Shown: piece after piece, positions 38,939 through 49,264 of the stretch
Position numbering within the stretch: position 1 is the first letter of the stretch
Layout of the letters: every line of letters begins with the position of its first letter
Origin: an uncultured Chromatiales bacterium
GTDB lineage: Bacteria > Pseudomonadota > Gammaproteobacteria > RBG-16-57-12
Length of the DNA: 63,937 bases
Reading direction: 5' to 3'
Assembly (NCBI GenBank): GCA_964557295.1
Contig: CAZKZP010000008.1
Location: 22,897-86,833 of the forward strand
Notes under the pieces: generated by a model
What the model saw: only the letters and a program-made list of their open reading frames with translations
The model's database searches: none
What the model was told of the DNA's origin: nothing
Translations under genes and position numbers: made by a program

Positions 38939-39700
38939 CTAATTCTCCGGCTTGTTTTCATTGATCTCGCAACCATCCAACGCGGGCAGCTTGACATCCG
39001 TCACCTTGACCCCCGCCCGCTCCATCGCCTGATTCATCAGCTCGATCTTTTGATCCAAGGCATGGATATGATCCAACAAGCAGTTGATGGCGTGCGCCAC
39101 GGGGTCCGGCATGTCCGCTGAGGTGCCGTAGGCATCGAAGCCCATTTTCTGGGCGATTTTCTGCCGAGTCTCGTCCTGTTCCTTGGACTTTTTGCTCACG
39201 ATACGGCCGGGGATGCCCACCACCGTCGCCCCGCCGGGCACGGGCTTGACCACCACCGCGTTCGAGCCGATGCGCGCGCCGTCGCCGATCTCGATCGGCC
39301 CGAGCACCTTGGCCCCGGCGCCGACGACGACATCATTACCCAGCGTGGGGTGACGTTTACCCTTCTGCCAGCTGGTGCCGCCCAGGGTGACGCCGTGATA
39401 CAGGGTGCAATCATCCCCGATCTCCGCCGTCTCGCCGATCACCACCCCCATCCCGTGGTCGATGAAAAATCGCCGGCCGATCTTCGCGCCGGGATGGATC
39501 TCGATGCCCGTCAGCCAGCGCGAGATCGTGGAAATGAACCGCGCCAGCCACTTGAAGCCGCGCTTCCACAGCCCGTGCGCTAGGCGGTGCATCTGCAGGG
39601 CGTGCAGCCCTGGATAGGTGGTGAGGACCTCAAAGACATTGCGCGCAGCCGGATCGCGCTCGAATACGCACTGGATATCTTCTCTCAATCGTTTAAACAT
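38939..39700 (-). CDS. cysE: Serine O-acetyltransferase
   Basis: 253 aa with a left-handed beta-helix hexapeptide region ([24 protein letters not shown]). The trmJ-cysE-iscR order matches Pseudomonas. Confidence 0.9.
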   Translation of the reverse strand: MFKRLREDIQCVFERDPAARNVFEVLTTYPGLHALQMHRLAHGLWKRGFKWLARFISTISRWLTGIEIHPGAKIGRRFFIDHGMGVVIGETAEIGDDCTLYHGVTLGGTSWQKGKRHPTLGNDVVVGAGAKVLGPIEIGDGARIGSNAVVVKPVPGGATVVGIPGRIVSKKSKEQDETRQKIAQKMGFDAYGTSADMPDPVAHAINCLLDHIHALDQKIELMNQAMERAGVKVTDVKLPALDGCEINENKPEN

Positions 39701-39745
39701 GGGCTTGCCATTCTTGTTTGCATTTTTGAAGTCGATTAATCGATC

Positions 39746-40489
39746 TTATTTGTTTTTGATCGAGTTCTCCATCTCGGTCAGGATGCCGCGCAGGATGTTG
39801 ATCTCCACCTTCTCCAGGCCAGTGCGGTTGAACAGCCGTCTGAGACGGCGCATGACCAACCGGGGATTCTCCGGGTCCATGAAACCGATCTTGACCAGCA
39901 CCTGCTCGAAATGCCCGAACAGCCGCTCGATCTCATCCGATGTGGCCAGCGGGGCCTGCTCCGCCTGGGCGGGAGCCACGCCTTCCAGTGTCTGCATCCG
40001 CAACTCGTAACACAGCACCTGCACGGCCGCCCCGACATTGAGCGAGCTGAAGTCGGGATTGCACGGAATATTCACCAGATAGTTGCAGCGATCCAGCTCC
40101 TCATTGTGCAGGCCGGTCTGCTCCCGGCCAAACACGATGGCGATCTCCGACTCGGTCGGTTGCTGCGCGACCAAGGCGGCGCACTCGCGCGCATTGACCT
40201 GCGGCCAGGCGATGTAGCGGCGCCGGGCGCTGCTGCCGAACACCAGGCTGCATCCGGCGAGCGCCTCATCGAGCGTCGCGCAGACCTGCGCCCGCGCCAG
40301 GACATCGTCGGCGCCGGAGGCGCGCGCCACGGCATCCTCGTGTGGAAATGCCTGCGGGTCCACCAGATAAAGCCGATCGAGTCCCATGTTTTTCATGGCC
40401 CGCGCCGCCGAACCGATATTCCCCGGATGCGAGGTGTTGACCAGTACGATTCTGATGTTCTGCATATACCCAACCAAGGCCGCTGACAC
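39746..40489 (-). CDS. trmJ: tRNA (cytidine/uridine-2'-O)-methyltransferase TrmJ (SpoU family)
   Basis: 247 aa with SPOUT motifs (VLVNTSHPGNIGSAARAM, IVFGREQTGL). It is divergent from suhB. Confidence 0.85.
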   Translation of the reverse strand: MSAALVGYMQNIRIVLVNTSHPGNIGSAARAMKNMGLDRLYLVDPQAFPHEDAVARASGADDVLARAQVCATLDEALAGCSLVFGSSARRRYIAWPQVNARECAALVAQQPTESEIAIVFGREQTGLHNEELDRCNYLVNIPCNPDFSSLNVGAAVQVLCYELRMQTLEGVAPAQAEQAPLATSDEIERLFGHFEQVLVKIGFMDPENPRLVMRRLRRLFNRTGLEKVEINILRGILTEMENSIKNK

Positions 40490-40667
40490 AAACTTGTCGG
40501 GATGATAACAAAATTCCAGCCCGCGCTTGCGGCAAAACCTGCGCGGCGGATTTGATTTGTCTCACGCGTAACTTGCCTGTTAGAATGACGCCCCTTTTTC
40601 AGTCACAGTTCATTCGGGCCAGTCACCACTGGCCCAAGCGACCGAGACCATAGACGGAAGTCCCTCG

Positions 40668-41465
40668 ATGAATCCGATGTTGAATATAGCCATCCGCGCC
40701 GCACGCAAGGCCGGTGATGTCATCGCCCGCTCGCTCGACACGGTCGACCGCCTCGATGTGGTCAGCAAGTCGCGCAACGACTTCGTGAGCGAGGTCGATC
40801 AGCGCGCCGAACAGGAAATCATCTCGATCCTGCGCAAGGCTTTTCCTGACCACGCCATCCTGGCCGAGGAAAGCGGCAATCAAGCGGGCAACGACTATCA
40901 ATGGATCATCGATCCGCTCGACGGCACCACCAATTTTCTACATGGGTTCCCGCAATTCGCCGTCTCCATCGGCCTGCTGCACAAGGGGCGCATCGAGGTT
41001 GGGGTTGTGTATGATCCCCTGCGCCAGGAACTGTTCTGCGCCTCGCGCGGCAACGGCGCCATGCTCAACGACCGCCGCATCCGCGTGAGCGCCCGCAAGG
41101 GCCTGGAAGGCGCGTTGCTCGGCACCGGCTTTCCGTTCAAGGAAATGACCCATCTCGACTGCTACCTGGCCACCTTCAAGGCGCTTCTGCCGAAAACCGC
41201 CGGCATCCGCCGCCCCGGTTCGGCCGCGCTGGATCTGGCCTATGTCGCCGCCGGGCGCCTCGACGGATTCTGGGAGATCGGACTGCAACCCTGGGATATG
41301 GCCGCCGGAACGCTGCTGATCCAGGAAGCCGGCGGTCTGGTCACCGACTTCGCCGGGGGCAGTGATTTTCTCGCCACTGGCAATGTCGTCGCCGGCGCCC
41401 CGAAGGTCTTCCACGCCCTGCTGCAAACGATCCAGCCGCATTTGACGCCCGCGTTGGCAAAATAG
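40668..41465 (+). CDS. suhB: Inositol monophosphatase family protein SuhB
   Basis: 265 aa with the WIIDPLDGTTNF and WDMAAG motifs. Confidence 0.9.
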   Translation: MNPMLNIAIRAARKAGDVIARSLDTVDRLDVVSKSRNDFVSEVDQRAEQEIISILRKAFPDHAILAEESGNQAGNDYQWIIDPLDGTTNFLHGFPQFAVSIGLLHKGRIEVGVVYDPLRQELFCASRGNGAMLNDRRIRVSARKGLEGALLGTGFPFKEMTHLDCYLATFKALLPKTAGIRRPGSAALDLAYVAAGRLDGFWEIGLQPWDMAAGTLLIQEAGGLVTDFAGGSDFLATGNVVAGAPKVFHALLQTIQPHLTPALAK

Positions 41466-41528
41466 CCTTCAAGATCTCGTCGGACCGCCCGATCACAGTT
41501 AAGAACACCCTGTGAGGAGGTCCGACCC

Positions 41529-41684
41529 ATGAAATCCACCGCACGAAAAAATCCCGCGCGCTCCATGCGCAAGGCCCTGACCGGGCTGGCCGAAATGGCG
41601 CGCGAGGCGCTCCGCCCCAGCCCGGCGTATCAATATCAGCCCATCCCGATCAAGGCCACGGTACGACGTCGCCGCCAAAGGTAA
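41529..41684 (+). CDS. Candidate small basic protein (51 aa), not in the ORF track
   Basis: ATG at 41529 preceded by GAGGAGG (41514-41520). It translates to MKSTARKNPARSMRKALTGLAEMAREALRPSPAYQYQPIPIKATVRRRRQR, with TAA at 41682-41684. No homology is known to me. Confidence 0.4.
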   Translation: MKSTARKNPARSMRKALTGLAEMAREALRPSPAYQYQPIPIKATVRRRRQR

Positions 41685-41716
41685 CCCCACCATCGCCCAG
41701 CGCCGTGGCTTAGGGA

Positions 41717-41849
41717 ACCTCTGATTGATTAGAGATGCCGCCATTTTCGATGGCAACAAGTCATTGAAAATGAAGGAAAGCAAAAATCACAGTTTTTGCT
41801 TTCCGTGCCCTGAAAATTCCAGGCGGGAATTATTTCAGAGCTTCCTTAG
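41717..41849 (+). repeat. Copy B of the MITE/REP-like intergenic repeat
   Basis: It aligns with copy A (12141-12313). It lacks the A-specific GC hairpin and carries a perfect 12-bp stem, GGAAAGCAAAAA-tcacag-TTTTTGCTTTCC. Confidence 0.7.
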
Positions 41850-41944
41850 TGAGTTGTGCTTCACAAATCGACATTGAACTGTTCCTCAAAGCGATCCATT
41901 CGTTATAATCCCTCTTTGTCGCACGCATCCAAGGGGGATGGAAA

Positions 41945-43048
41945 ATGGATCAGCTGTCGAAACTCTTGAAAACCATGACACAAGTCGGCGCGTCCGACCT
42001 GTTTCTCAGCCCAGGCCGACCGCCGGCGTTTCGCGTCAACGGCAAGATACTCCCGCCCGACGGCCCCAACCTGACACCGGACAAGATCGAGCAGATGGCG
42101 CGACTGCTGATGATGGAAGAACAGCACCAGGCGTTTCAGCAGAATCCGGATCTCAACCTCGGCATCACGCTCCCGAACATCGGGCGCTTTCGCGTCAACA
42201 TCTTTCGCCAGCGCCACCACGTGGCCATGGTCGTACGCGCCATCCCCGACAAGGTGCGCAGCATCACCGAACTCGGCCTGCCGGAGACCCTGAGCCAGCT
42301 GGTCATGCTGCAGAGCGGCCTGGTGATCATCGTCGGGCCGGCCGGCACCGGCAAGTCCACCACGCTTGCCGCGCTGATCGAACAACGCGCGCGCAATGAA
42401 GTCTGCCATGTGATGACGCTGGAAGACCCGATCGAATACCTCTTCAAGCATGAGCACAGCGTCATCAATCAGCGCGAGATCGGCACTGACACCATCTCCT
42501 ATCACCAAGGCTTGATCAATGCGCTGCGGCAGTCGCCCGATGTGCTGATGCTGGGCGAGATCCGTGAGCGCGATGTGCTGGAACTGATGCTCGAATTCAG
42601 CGACACCGGCCACCTGTGCATGGCGACGATGCATGCCAAGAGCGTGGTGCAGACCATCGAGCGCATGCTGCTGATGTTCCCGGAAAACGAGCGCGGCCGC
42701 GCCCTGAACGCCTTGGCGCAGAATCTGCGCGCCGTCGTCGCCCAACGCTTGATCCCCGATGTCAGGGGCAAACTCGCGCTGGCCTACGAGATGCACACCT
42801 TCACCGCGCACACCAAGGATCTGATCCGCCGCAATGAAATCGGCGCCATCGAGGAGTTCATCCACAAGGACACCTCGGGCATGAGCCAGACCATGGATCA
42901 GTCGCTGTTCAAGCTATTCAAGGCCGGCCGGATCAGCCCGCAAACGGCCTTGAAGCACGCCAACTCGATCGCCAATATGCGCCTGCAAATGCGTCTGGAG
43001 CAAAAGCCCGCGGCGCTAGCCGTCGCCAAGCATGAAATCAGCGAATAG
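41945..43048 (+). CDS. PilT/PilU-family hexameric ATPase (orphan)
   Basis: 367 aa. Walker A GPAGTGKSTT, LEDPIEY, Walker B SPDVLMLGEIRE, His box GHLCMATMHA. The PilT AIRNLIRE motif is degenerate (HTKDLIRRN), as in PilU-like proteins. Confidence 0.85.
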   Translation: MDQLSKLLKTMTQVGASDLFLSPGRPPAFRVNGKILPPDGPNLTPDKIEQMARLLMMEEQHQAFQQNPDLNLGITLPNIGRFRVNIFRQRHHVAMVVRAIPDKVRSITELGLPETLSQLVMLQSGLVIIVGPAGTGKSTTLAALIEQRARNEVCHVMTLEDPIEYLFKHEHSVINQREIGTDTISYHQGLINALRQSPDVLMLGEIRERDVLELMLEFSDTGHLCMATMHAKSVVQTIERMLLMFPENERGRALNALAQNLRAVVAQRLIPDVRGKLALAYEMHTFTAHTKDLIRRNEIGAIEEFIHKDTSGMSQTMDQSLFKLFKAGRISPQTALKHANSIANMRLQMRLEQKPAALAVAKHEISE

Positions 43049-43051
43049 ACG

Positions 43052-43876
43052 ATGACCGAGGCGCCCCCCATGCTCCCGCTCGTCGTTGAGCCGGATCAGC
43101 TCGAAGCAGCCGGGGGCATTCCCCGGCTGCTGATCGTCGATCTGTGCAGCCGCGAGAGTTACGAGAAGACACACATCCCTGGCGCGGTGCATCTGGAATA
43201 CGCGCGCATCGTCGAGCATCGACCACCGATCATGGGGCTGTTACCCGATACCGAGCGGCTGGCGGAAGTCCTTGGCGCCCTCGGCGTGCGTTCCGACACC
43301 CACGTGGTGGCCTATGACAACGAAGGCGGCGGCAAGGCCAGCCGTCTGCTCTGGACCCTGGATGCCAGTGGCCACACGCGGTTTTCATTGTTGAATGGCG
43401 GACTGGTCGCCTGGATCGAGGAAGGCCACAAGGTGGAAAGCAGCGCAACCGATCCCATTCGCAACACCTGTTCGATCACTCCCAATCCAGCCACCCGCGC
43501 GGACAAGGCCTACATCCTCGCCCAGCTGCCGCGCGCGGATCTCGGCCTGCTCGATGCGCGCTCCCCCGGCGAATTTATCGGCGCCGATCAACGCGCCGCC
43601 CGCGGCGGACACATCCCGGGCGCCAAAAATCTCGAATGGACGGATGCCTTGGACAAGGGCAACCACCTGCGCCTCAAACCCGCCGCGCAATTGCGCGCGA
43701 TGCTGCACACGGCCGGCCTCACGCCGGAGAAAGAGATCATCACCTACTGCCACTCGCACCATCGCTCCGCGCTGTGGTATGTCATCCTGAAGGCGCTGGG
43801 TTACCCGCGCGTCCGCGGCTACCCCGGCTCCTGGTCGGACTGGGGCAACGACGCCTCCACCCCCATCGAAAAGTAA
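43052..43876 (+). CDS. Tandem-rhodanese sulfurtransferase
   Basis: 274 aa with two rhodanese-like halves. Active-site loop YCHSHHRS. It starts 3 nt after the stop of the PilT-like gene. Confidence 0.8.
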   Translation: MTEAPPMLPLVVEPDQLEAAGGIPRLLIVDLCSRESYEKTHIPGAVHLEYARIVEHRPPIMGLLPDTERLAEVLGALGVRSDTHVVAYDNEGGGKASRLLWTLDASGHTRFSLLNGGLVAWIEEGHKVESSATDPIRNTCSITPNPATRADKAYILAQLPRADLGLLDARSPGEFIGADQRAARGGHIPGAKNLEWTDALDKGNHLRLKPAAQLRAMLHTAGLTPEKEIITYCHSHHRSALWYVILKALGYPRVRGYPGSWSDWGNDASTPIEK

Positions 43877-43897
43877 GCCGCGCAGCGATACCCCCGC

Positions 43898-46465
43898 ATG
43901 AATGCCGTCATGAAAGACCTTTCCAGCCACACCCCGATGATGCAGCAATATCTGCGCATCAAGGCCGATCATCCGGACACCCTGGTGTTCTATCGCATGG
44001 GTGATTTCTATGAGCTGTTCTACGATGACGCGCGCAAGGCGGCACGCCTGCTCGACATCACCCTCACCGCGCGCGGGCAGTCCGCCGGCGAGCCGATCCC
44101 GATGGCGGGCGTGCCCTACCACTCGGCGGAAGGCTACCTGGCCAAGCTGGTCAAGTGCGGCGAATCGGTCGTGATCTGCGAGCAGGTCGGTGACCCCGCC
44201 ACCGCCAAAGGGCCGGTCGAACGCCAAGTGGTACGCATCATCACGCCGGGCACGGTGACCGACGAGGCCCTGCTCGAAGACCGCCACGACAACCTCCTGG
44301 CGGCGGTCGCCCAGGCGGGGGATCACTTCGGCTTGGCAACGCTCGATCTCGCCAGCGGCCGGTTTACCGCCATGCGCCTGGAGGGCGCGACCCTGCTGCA
44401 CAGCGAGCTGGGCCGCCTGTCGCCGGCGGAGCTCCTCATCAGCGAGGATCTGCCCAAGGAGATCCTGGGGGAGCGCGCGGGACTGCGCCGCCAAGCGCCG
44501 TGGCATTTTGAACTCGCCACCGCGCGGCGGCTGCTCACCCAACAATTCCAGACGCGCGACCTCGCCGGCTTCGGCTGCGACCACCTGCCCGAGGTCATCG
44601 CCGCCGCTGGCTGTCTGCTGCACTACGTGAAAGAAACCCAGCGCACCGCCCTACCGCACATCCGGGCGCTACGCCTCGAGCAGCACGACGAGGCCATCCA
44701 GCTCGACGGCGCCACGCGGCGCAACCTGGAGCTGGAACACAATCTCAACGGCGGCACCGAGCACACCCTGGCCTGGGTGATCGACCGCACCGCCACCGCC
44801 ATGGGCAGCCGCCAATTGCGCCGCTGGCTGCACCGCCCCTTGCGCCGGCACGAGATCATCCATCAACGGCTGGACGCGATCGCCGCCCTGCTCGAAAGCG
44901 GCGTCTTCAGTGAGACCCATGACCTCCTGCGCCGGGTCGGCGACATCGAACGCATCCTGGCCCGCGTCGCGCTGAAAAGCGCCCGGCCGCGCGATCTCAG
45001 GCAACTGGGCCTGGCCCTCGCGCAACTGCCCGCGCTCCAGCAACTGCTGCATCCCTTCGACGACACCTTGTTGCACGCCCTCCGGCAACGCATGGGCGAG
45101 CACCCCGCATTGGCGGAGCTCTTGCGCCGGGCGATCGTCGAGAGCCCGCCGATGCTGATCCGCGACGGCGGCGTGATCGCCCCGGGTTACGACGCCGAGC
45201 TCGACGAGCTGCGTACACTGAAGGACCACGCGGGCGAGTTCCTGGTGGAACTGGAGGCGCGCGAGAAGGCACGCACCGGCATCCCCACCCTCAAGGTGGA
45301 CTACAACAAGGTGCACGGTTTTTACATCGAGGTCAGCAAGGCCCAGAGCGTGAAGGTCCCGGATGACTACATCCGCCGCCAGACCTTGAAGGGCGCCGAG
45401 CGCTATATCACGCCGGAACTCAAGGGCTTCGAGGACAAGATCCTGAGCGCCCGGGAACGGGCGCTGGCGCGGGAAAAGGCGCTGTATGACCTGCTTTTGG
45501 ATGAACTGCTCCAGCACCTGCCCGCCTTGCAGGAATGCGCAAGCGCGCTGGCCGGGCTCGACTGCCTCGGCAATCTGGCCGAACGCGCCCAGACCCTGGA
45601 CCTGTGCCGCCCGACGCTGACCGAGCGCCCCGGCATCAGCATCAAGGCCGGGCGCCACCCGGTGGTCGAACAGGTGCTCGACAGCCCGTTCATCCCCAAC
45701 GACATCGAGCTCAACGATAAGCGGCGCATGCTGATCATCACCGGCCCGAACATGGGCGGCAAATCCACCTTCATGCGCCAGACCGCCCTGATCACGCTGC
45801 TCGCCTGCATCGGCAGCTACGTGCCGGCGCAAGCGGCCACCATCGGCCCGGTCGACCGCATCTTCACCCGCATCGGCGCCTCCGATGACTTGGCCAGCGG
45901 CCGCTCCACCTTCATGGTGGAGATGACGGAAACTGCCAACATCCTGCACAACGCCACGCCCAACAGCCTGGTGCTGATGGACGAGATCGGTCGCGGCACC
46001 AGCACCTTCGATGGCCTGTCGCTGGCCTGGGCCTGCGCTGAACAACTGGCCGAGGAGATCCAGGCCTACACCTTGTTCTCCACGCATTATTTCGAACTCA
46101 CCGCCCTGGCCGAGACGCTCAAACACACCGCCAATGTGCACCTGGACGCCGTGGAACACGGCGATCAGATCGTCTTCCTGCACGCCATCAAAGAGGGTCC
46201 GGCCAATCAGAGTTACGGCCTGCAAGTGGCCGCCCTGGCCGGTGTGCCGCAAGCGGTGATCCGCCGGGCCAAGGAGCGCCTGCGCCTGCTGGAAACCCAG
46301 AGCGTGCGCGAAGTGGAGCGCCGCGATTCTCACCAGATCTCCCTCTTCCCGCCCGAGCCCGAACATCCGGCCTTGACGCTGCTGGAGGAGATCCTGCCCG
46401 ACCATCTCACCCCGCGCCAGGCACTGGATCAGATCTACCGATTAAAAGAATTGATGCGCAAATAA
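43898..46465 (+). CDS. mutS: DNA mismatch repair protein MutS
   Basis: 855 aa with N-terminal [31 protein letters not shown] and Walker [10 protein letters not shown]. Confidence 0.95.
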   Translation: MNAVMKDLSSHTPMMQQYLRIKADHPDTLVFYRMGDFYELFYDDARKAARLLDITLTARGQSAGEPIPMAGVPYHSAEGYLAKLVKCGESVVICEQVGDPATAKGPVERQVVRIITPGTVTDEALLEDRHDNLLAAVAQAGDHFGLATLDLASGRFTAMRLEGATLLHSELGRLSPAELLISEDLPKEILGERAGLRRQAPWHFELATARRLLTQQFQTRDLAGFGCDHLPEVIAAAGCLLHYVKETQRTALPHIRALRLEQHDEAIQLDGATRRNLELEHNLNGGTEHTLAWVIDRTATAMGSRQLRRWLHRPLRRHEIIHQRLDAIAALLESGVFSETHDLLRRVGDIERILARVALKSARPRDLRQLGLALAQLPALQQLLHPFDDTLLHALRQRMGEHPALAELLRRAIVESPPMLIRDGGVIAPGYDAELDELRTLKDHAGEFLVELEAREKARTGIPTLKVDYNKVHGFYIEVSKAQSVKVPDDYIRRQTLKGAERYITPELKGFEDKILSARERALAREKALYDLLLDELLQHLPALQECASALAGLDCLGNLAERAQTLDLCRPTLTERPGISIKAGRHPVVEQVLDSPFIPNDIELNDKRRMLIITGPNMGGKSTFMRQTALITLLACIGSYVPAQAATIGPVDRIFTRIGASDDLASGRSTFMVEMTETANILHNATPNSLVLMDEIGRGTSTFDGLSLAWACAEQLAEEIQAYTLFSTHYFELTALAETLKHTANVHLDAVEHGDQIVFLHAIKEGPANQSYGLQVAALAGVPQAVIRRAKERLRLLETQSVREVERRDSHQISLFPPEPEHPALTLLEEILPDHLTPRQALDQIYRLKELMRK

Positions 46466-46574
46466 CCATCTTTAGCTTGTTGCCCGGTTTGATCATGTTC
46501 TAGATTTTAGACAGACTCTGAGTGACACTGAGTCATCGGTGCTTCCCCACAAACAACAAGCATAGGAGTCGTCA

Positions 46575-46898
46575 ATGACATACGTGGTCACGGAAAACTG
46601 CATCAAGTGCAAATACACCGATTGTGTCGAGGTCTGCCCGGTGGACTGCTTTCACGAGGGACCGAACTTTCTGGTGATCGATCCTGATGAGTGCATCGAC
46701 TGCGCCCTGTGCGAGCCCGAATGCCCGGCCAATGCCATCTTCGCCGAGGACGATGTCCCCAAGGACCAACAACAATTCACCGCCCTCAATGCCGAACTGG
46801 CCAAGGAGTGGCCGGTGCTCAGCGAAGTCAAACCGGCGCCGGCGGATGCCGCCGAATGGAACGGCAAACCAAACAAGCTGCAATACCTGGAGCGCTGA
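46575..46898 (+). CDS. fdxA: 7Fe ([3Fe-4S][4Fe-4S]) ferredoxin FdxA
   Basis: 107 aa with [14 protein letters not shown] and [12 protein letters not shown]. The mutS-fdxA adjacency matches Pseudomonas. Confidence 0.9.
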   Translation: MTYVVTENCIKCKYTDCVEVCPVDCFHEGPNFLVIDPDECIDCALCEPECPANAIFAEDDVPKDQQQFTALNAELAKEWPVLSEVKPAPADAAEWNGKPNKLQYLER

Positions 46899-46928
46899 TC
46901 GCGCGGTAGTGGCCAAGAATAATCTCGC

Positions 46929-47243
46929 ACACCCTCACCCCAGCCCTCTCCCGCCCGCGGGAGAGGGGGCAAAAGGCAGATGGCTTTGATTGCCGCCAAG
47001 ATTAGCCCAACAACCAAAAAGATCCGATGTGAATCGCCTGTAATTTCACACCGTCATCCCGGCAAATAGCGGGACCCAGTGTTCACCTGACAGTTGCTTT
47101 AAACCCGTAAAAGCCACATCGCCTTTCAAGTTTGACTAGGTGGCCATAGGGTCGGAACCCCCTCTCCCGCAGGCGGGAGAGGGCCGGGGTGAGGGGATAA
47201 AATGGAAGCCACTTCTGTTTGTCTCCCTCACCCCAGCCCTGGG
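46929..47243. repeat. Cluster of REP-type palindromic elements in the fdxA-dnaQ spacer
   Basis: CCCTCACCCCAGCC followed by the palindrome CCCTCTCCCGC-cc-GCGGGAGAGGG (46944-46967). The same unit occurs inverted at 47158-47197 (palindrome at 47160-47183). A truncated arm, ccctcaccccagccct, lies at 47225-47240. There is also a small hairpin tcccg-gcaaatag-cggga at 47057-47074. Confidence 0.75.
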
Positions 47244-47263
47244 GGTAATGGGCCAGGCACGCA

Positions 47264-47974
47264 TCACGGCTTAGGCCAGACAAGCTGCCCGCCGCTGGCC
47301 TTGTCCACCGCCGCGAGCCGCGCGCTATGCGCCTCCAGTTCCTTCTCATCCGCGTGGATCACACGCAGCGTGGGCCGGTCGGCGGCAATGCGTTCGATCG
47401 CCTTGGCCCGCACCGCGCCGGTCTCGGCCTGGAGGCCGTCGAGCGAGAGCGCGGCCTGGCCGCCGGTCATCGCCAGATAGACATCGGCAAGGATTTCCGA
47501 GTCGAGCAACGCGCCGTGGAGCTCGCGCCGGGAGTTGTCGATGTGGTAGCGCTTGCACAAGGCATCGAGATTGTTCTTCTGCCCCGGGTGCAGGGCGCGC
47601 GCCATTTGCAGCGTGTCGATCACGCCGCAGAAGTCGGTGATCTTCCCCAGCGCGCCGTCGGCGCGCTGCAATTCATGATTGAGGAATCCGATATCGAAGG
47701 GGGCATTGTGAATGATCAGCTCGGCCCCGCGCAGATAATCGAGCAGATCGTGCATGATGTCATCGAAGCGCGGTTTGTCGGCCAGGAACTCGTTGGTCAA
47801 CCCATGCACCTCGATCGCGCCGGCGTCGATCGCGCGATCGGGCTGGAGGTATTGGTGGAAGTTGTTTCCGGTCAGGCGGCGGTTGATCAGCTCGACACAC
47901 CCGATTTCGATGATGCGATGGCCTTCGGAGGGCTCCAGGCCGGTGGTTTCGGTATCCAGTACGATCTGCCGCAT
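47264..47974 (-). CDS. dnaQ: DNA polymerase III epsilon subunit (proofreading exonuclease)
   Basis: 236 aa with Exo I VLDTETTGL, Exo II IHNAPFDIGFL, and Exo III HGALLDSEILADVY. Confidence 0.9.
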   Translation of the reverse strand: MRQIVLDTETTGLEPSEGHRIIEIGCVELINRRLTGNNFHQYLQPDRAIDAGAIEVHGLTNEFLADKPRFDDIMHDLLDYLRGAELIIHNAPFDIGFLNHELQRADGALGKITDFCGVIDTLQMARALHPGQKNNLDALCKRYHIDNSRRELHGALLDSEILADVYLAMTGGQAALSLDGLQAETGAVRAKAIERIAADRPTLRVIHADEKELEAHSARLAAVDKASGGQLVWPKP

Positions 47975-47976
47975 GT

Positions 47977-48435
47977 CTAGACCTCTTGTGTTTGTGTGGC
48001 GAGCATTTCATCGATGGCCTTGTTGGCCAGGGCGTCGGCCTGTTCGTTCTCGGGGTGTTCGTTGTGTCCGCGCACCCAGTGCCAGGCTACTTGATGGCGG
48101 CCGACCGCCGCATCGAGGCGTTGCCAGAGATCGACGTTCTTGACCGGGGCCTTGCTCGCGGTCTTCCAGCCGCGGCGCCTCCAGTCCTTGATCCAGGTGG
48201 TGATGCCGTTTTTCACGTACTGCGAATCCGTGGTCAAGGCCACCTGGCACGGGCGTTTGAGACTCTCCAGCGCCATGATGGCCGCCATCAGCTCCATGCG
48301 GTTGTTGGTGGTGTGGGCCTCGGCCCCATAGAGTTCCTTCTCCTTGCCCTTGTAACGCAGCAGCGCACCCCAGCCGCCCGGGCCCGGGTTGCCGCGACAG
48401 GCGCCGTCGGTGTAAATCTCGACTACATCGCTCAT
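47977..48435 (-). CDS. rnhA: Ribonuclease HI
   Basis: 152 aa; [19 protein letters not shown]...TNNRMEL...TDSQYV are the typical RNase H motifs. Confidence 0.95.
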   Translation of the reverse strand: MSDVVEIYTDGACRGNPGPGGWGALLRYKGKEKELYGAEAHTTNNRMELMAAIMALESLKRPCQVALTTDSQYVKNGITTWIKDWRRRGWKTASKAPVKNVDLWQRLDAAVGRHQVAWHWVRGHNEHPENEQADALANKAIDEMLATQTQEV

Positions 48436-49232
48436 TTCCGATGACTCCGCACGCTCGTTTTGGGCACCCCGATTGGATTGGGATTAAGACTCGCAGGCCG
48501 CGTCCAACGCGGTTTTACCGGCGTGAAGGTGATCACCCGTTTCTTCGCCACCAAGAGATAGCCCCCGCCCAGCGCGGGCCAATAACGCTTCCCCACCCGC
48601 TCCATGAACTCCAGGCGACGCATCATCCCCGGGTAGCGTAATGGGGGGCGGTAGAAAAACACGTCATGATACACCAGGTCGAACCCCAGCAGCTCCAGCC
48701 AGTCCATGATGCGCGTCATGCCGAAGAACTCCCCCTGCCAGGGCGCATCCGGCTTGCCGCACTTCGACAGCAGCCGCCGTGCGCCCCAGAGACTCCAGGG
48801 ATTGATTCCCAGGATCACCACATGCCCCTCCGGGATGAGCACCCGATCGATCTCGCGCAGGATCTGATGGGGGCGCGGGTGCAGTTCGAGGCTGTGCGGC
48901 AAGGCAACCACGTCGACCCCATCCGTCACAATCGGCAGCGCATCCAGATCACAGAACACCCGGCTGCAAGTCTGCCCTTCCGCCGGCGGCAGGGTCTTGT
49001 CCATGAGGGTGCGGTGCCAGATCCGGCTGCCCCCCAGCAGATCGCATCCGCCGATCCGCCCGATCTGCACCAGGTGGTAGCCGAACAGATTGGGCAGCAC
49101 CTCATCCAGACGATGCCGCGCCTCGGCCAGGAATTCCCGGCCGAGCGAGGTCTCGTACCAAGCATCGAGATTGTGCCGCAAATCGGCATAATCCTTCTCC
49201 TTGGTGTAGAATTGACGGAATCTATTCAACAT
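48432..49232 (-). CDS. Class I SAM-dependent methyltransferase (conserved partner of rnhA/gloB)
   Basis: Start chosen at ATG 49232 (MLNRFRQFY...); the track start at 49265 is a TTG. Same position as the methyltransferase between gloB and rnhA in pseudomonads. The family call is by synteny and general fold pattern only. Confidence 0.65.
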   Translation of the reverse strand: MLNRFRQFYTKEKDYADLRHNLDAWYETSLGREFLAEARHRLDEVLPNLFGYHLVQIGRIGGCDLLGGSRIWHRTLMDKTLPPAEGQTCSRVFCDLDALPIVTDGVDVVALPHSLELHPRPHQILREIDRVLIPEGHVVILGINPWSLWGARRLLSKCGKPDAPWQGEFFGMTRIMDWLELLGFDLVYHDVFFYRPPLRYPGMMRRLEFMERVGKRYWPALGGGYLLVAKKRVITFTPVKPRWTRPASLNPNPIGVPKTSVRSHRK

Positions 49233-49264
49233 ATCGTTTTCAATGGGGGCATTGGGGCGGCGCA

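Noticed and set aside
41903-42865. 320-aa minus-strand ORF
   Set aside because: It is antisense to the PilT-like ATPase.
43385-46405. Minus-strand ORFs of 412 aa (43385-44623) and 578 aa (44669-46405)
   Set aside because: They are antisense shadows of the rhodanese gene and mutS. Long open reverse frames are expected at ~65% GC.
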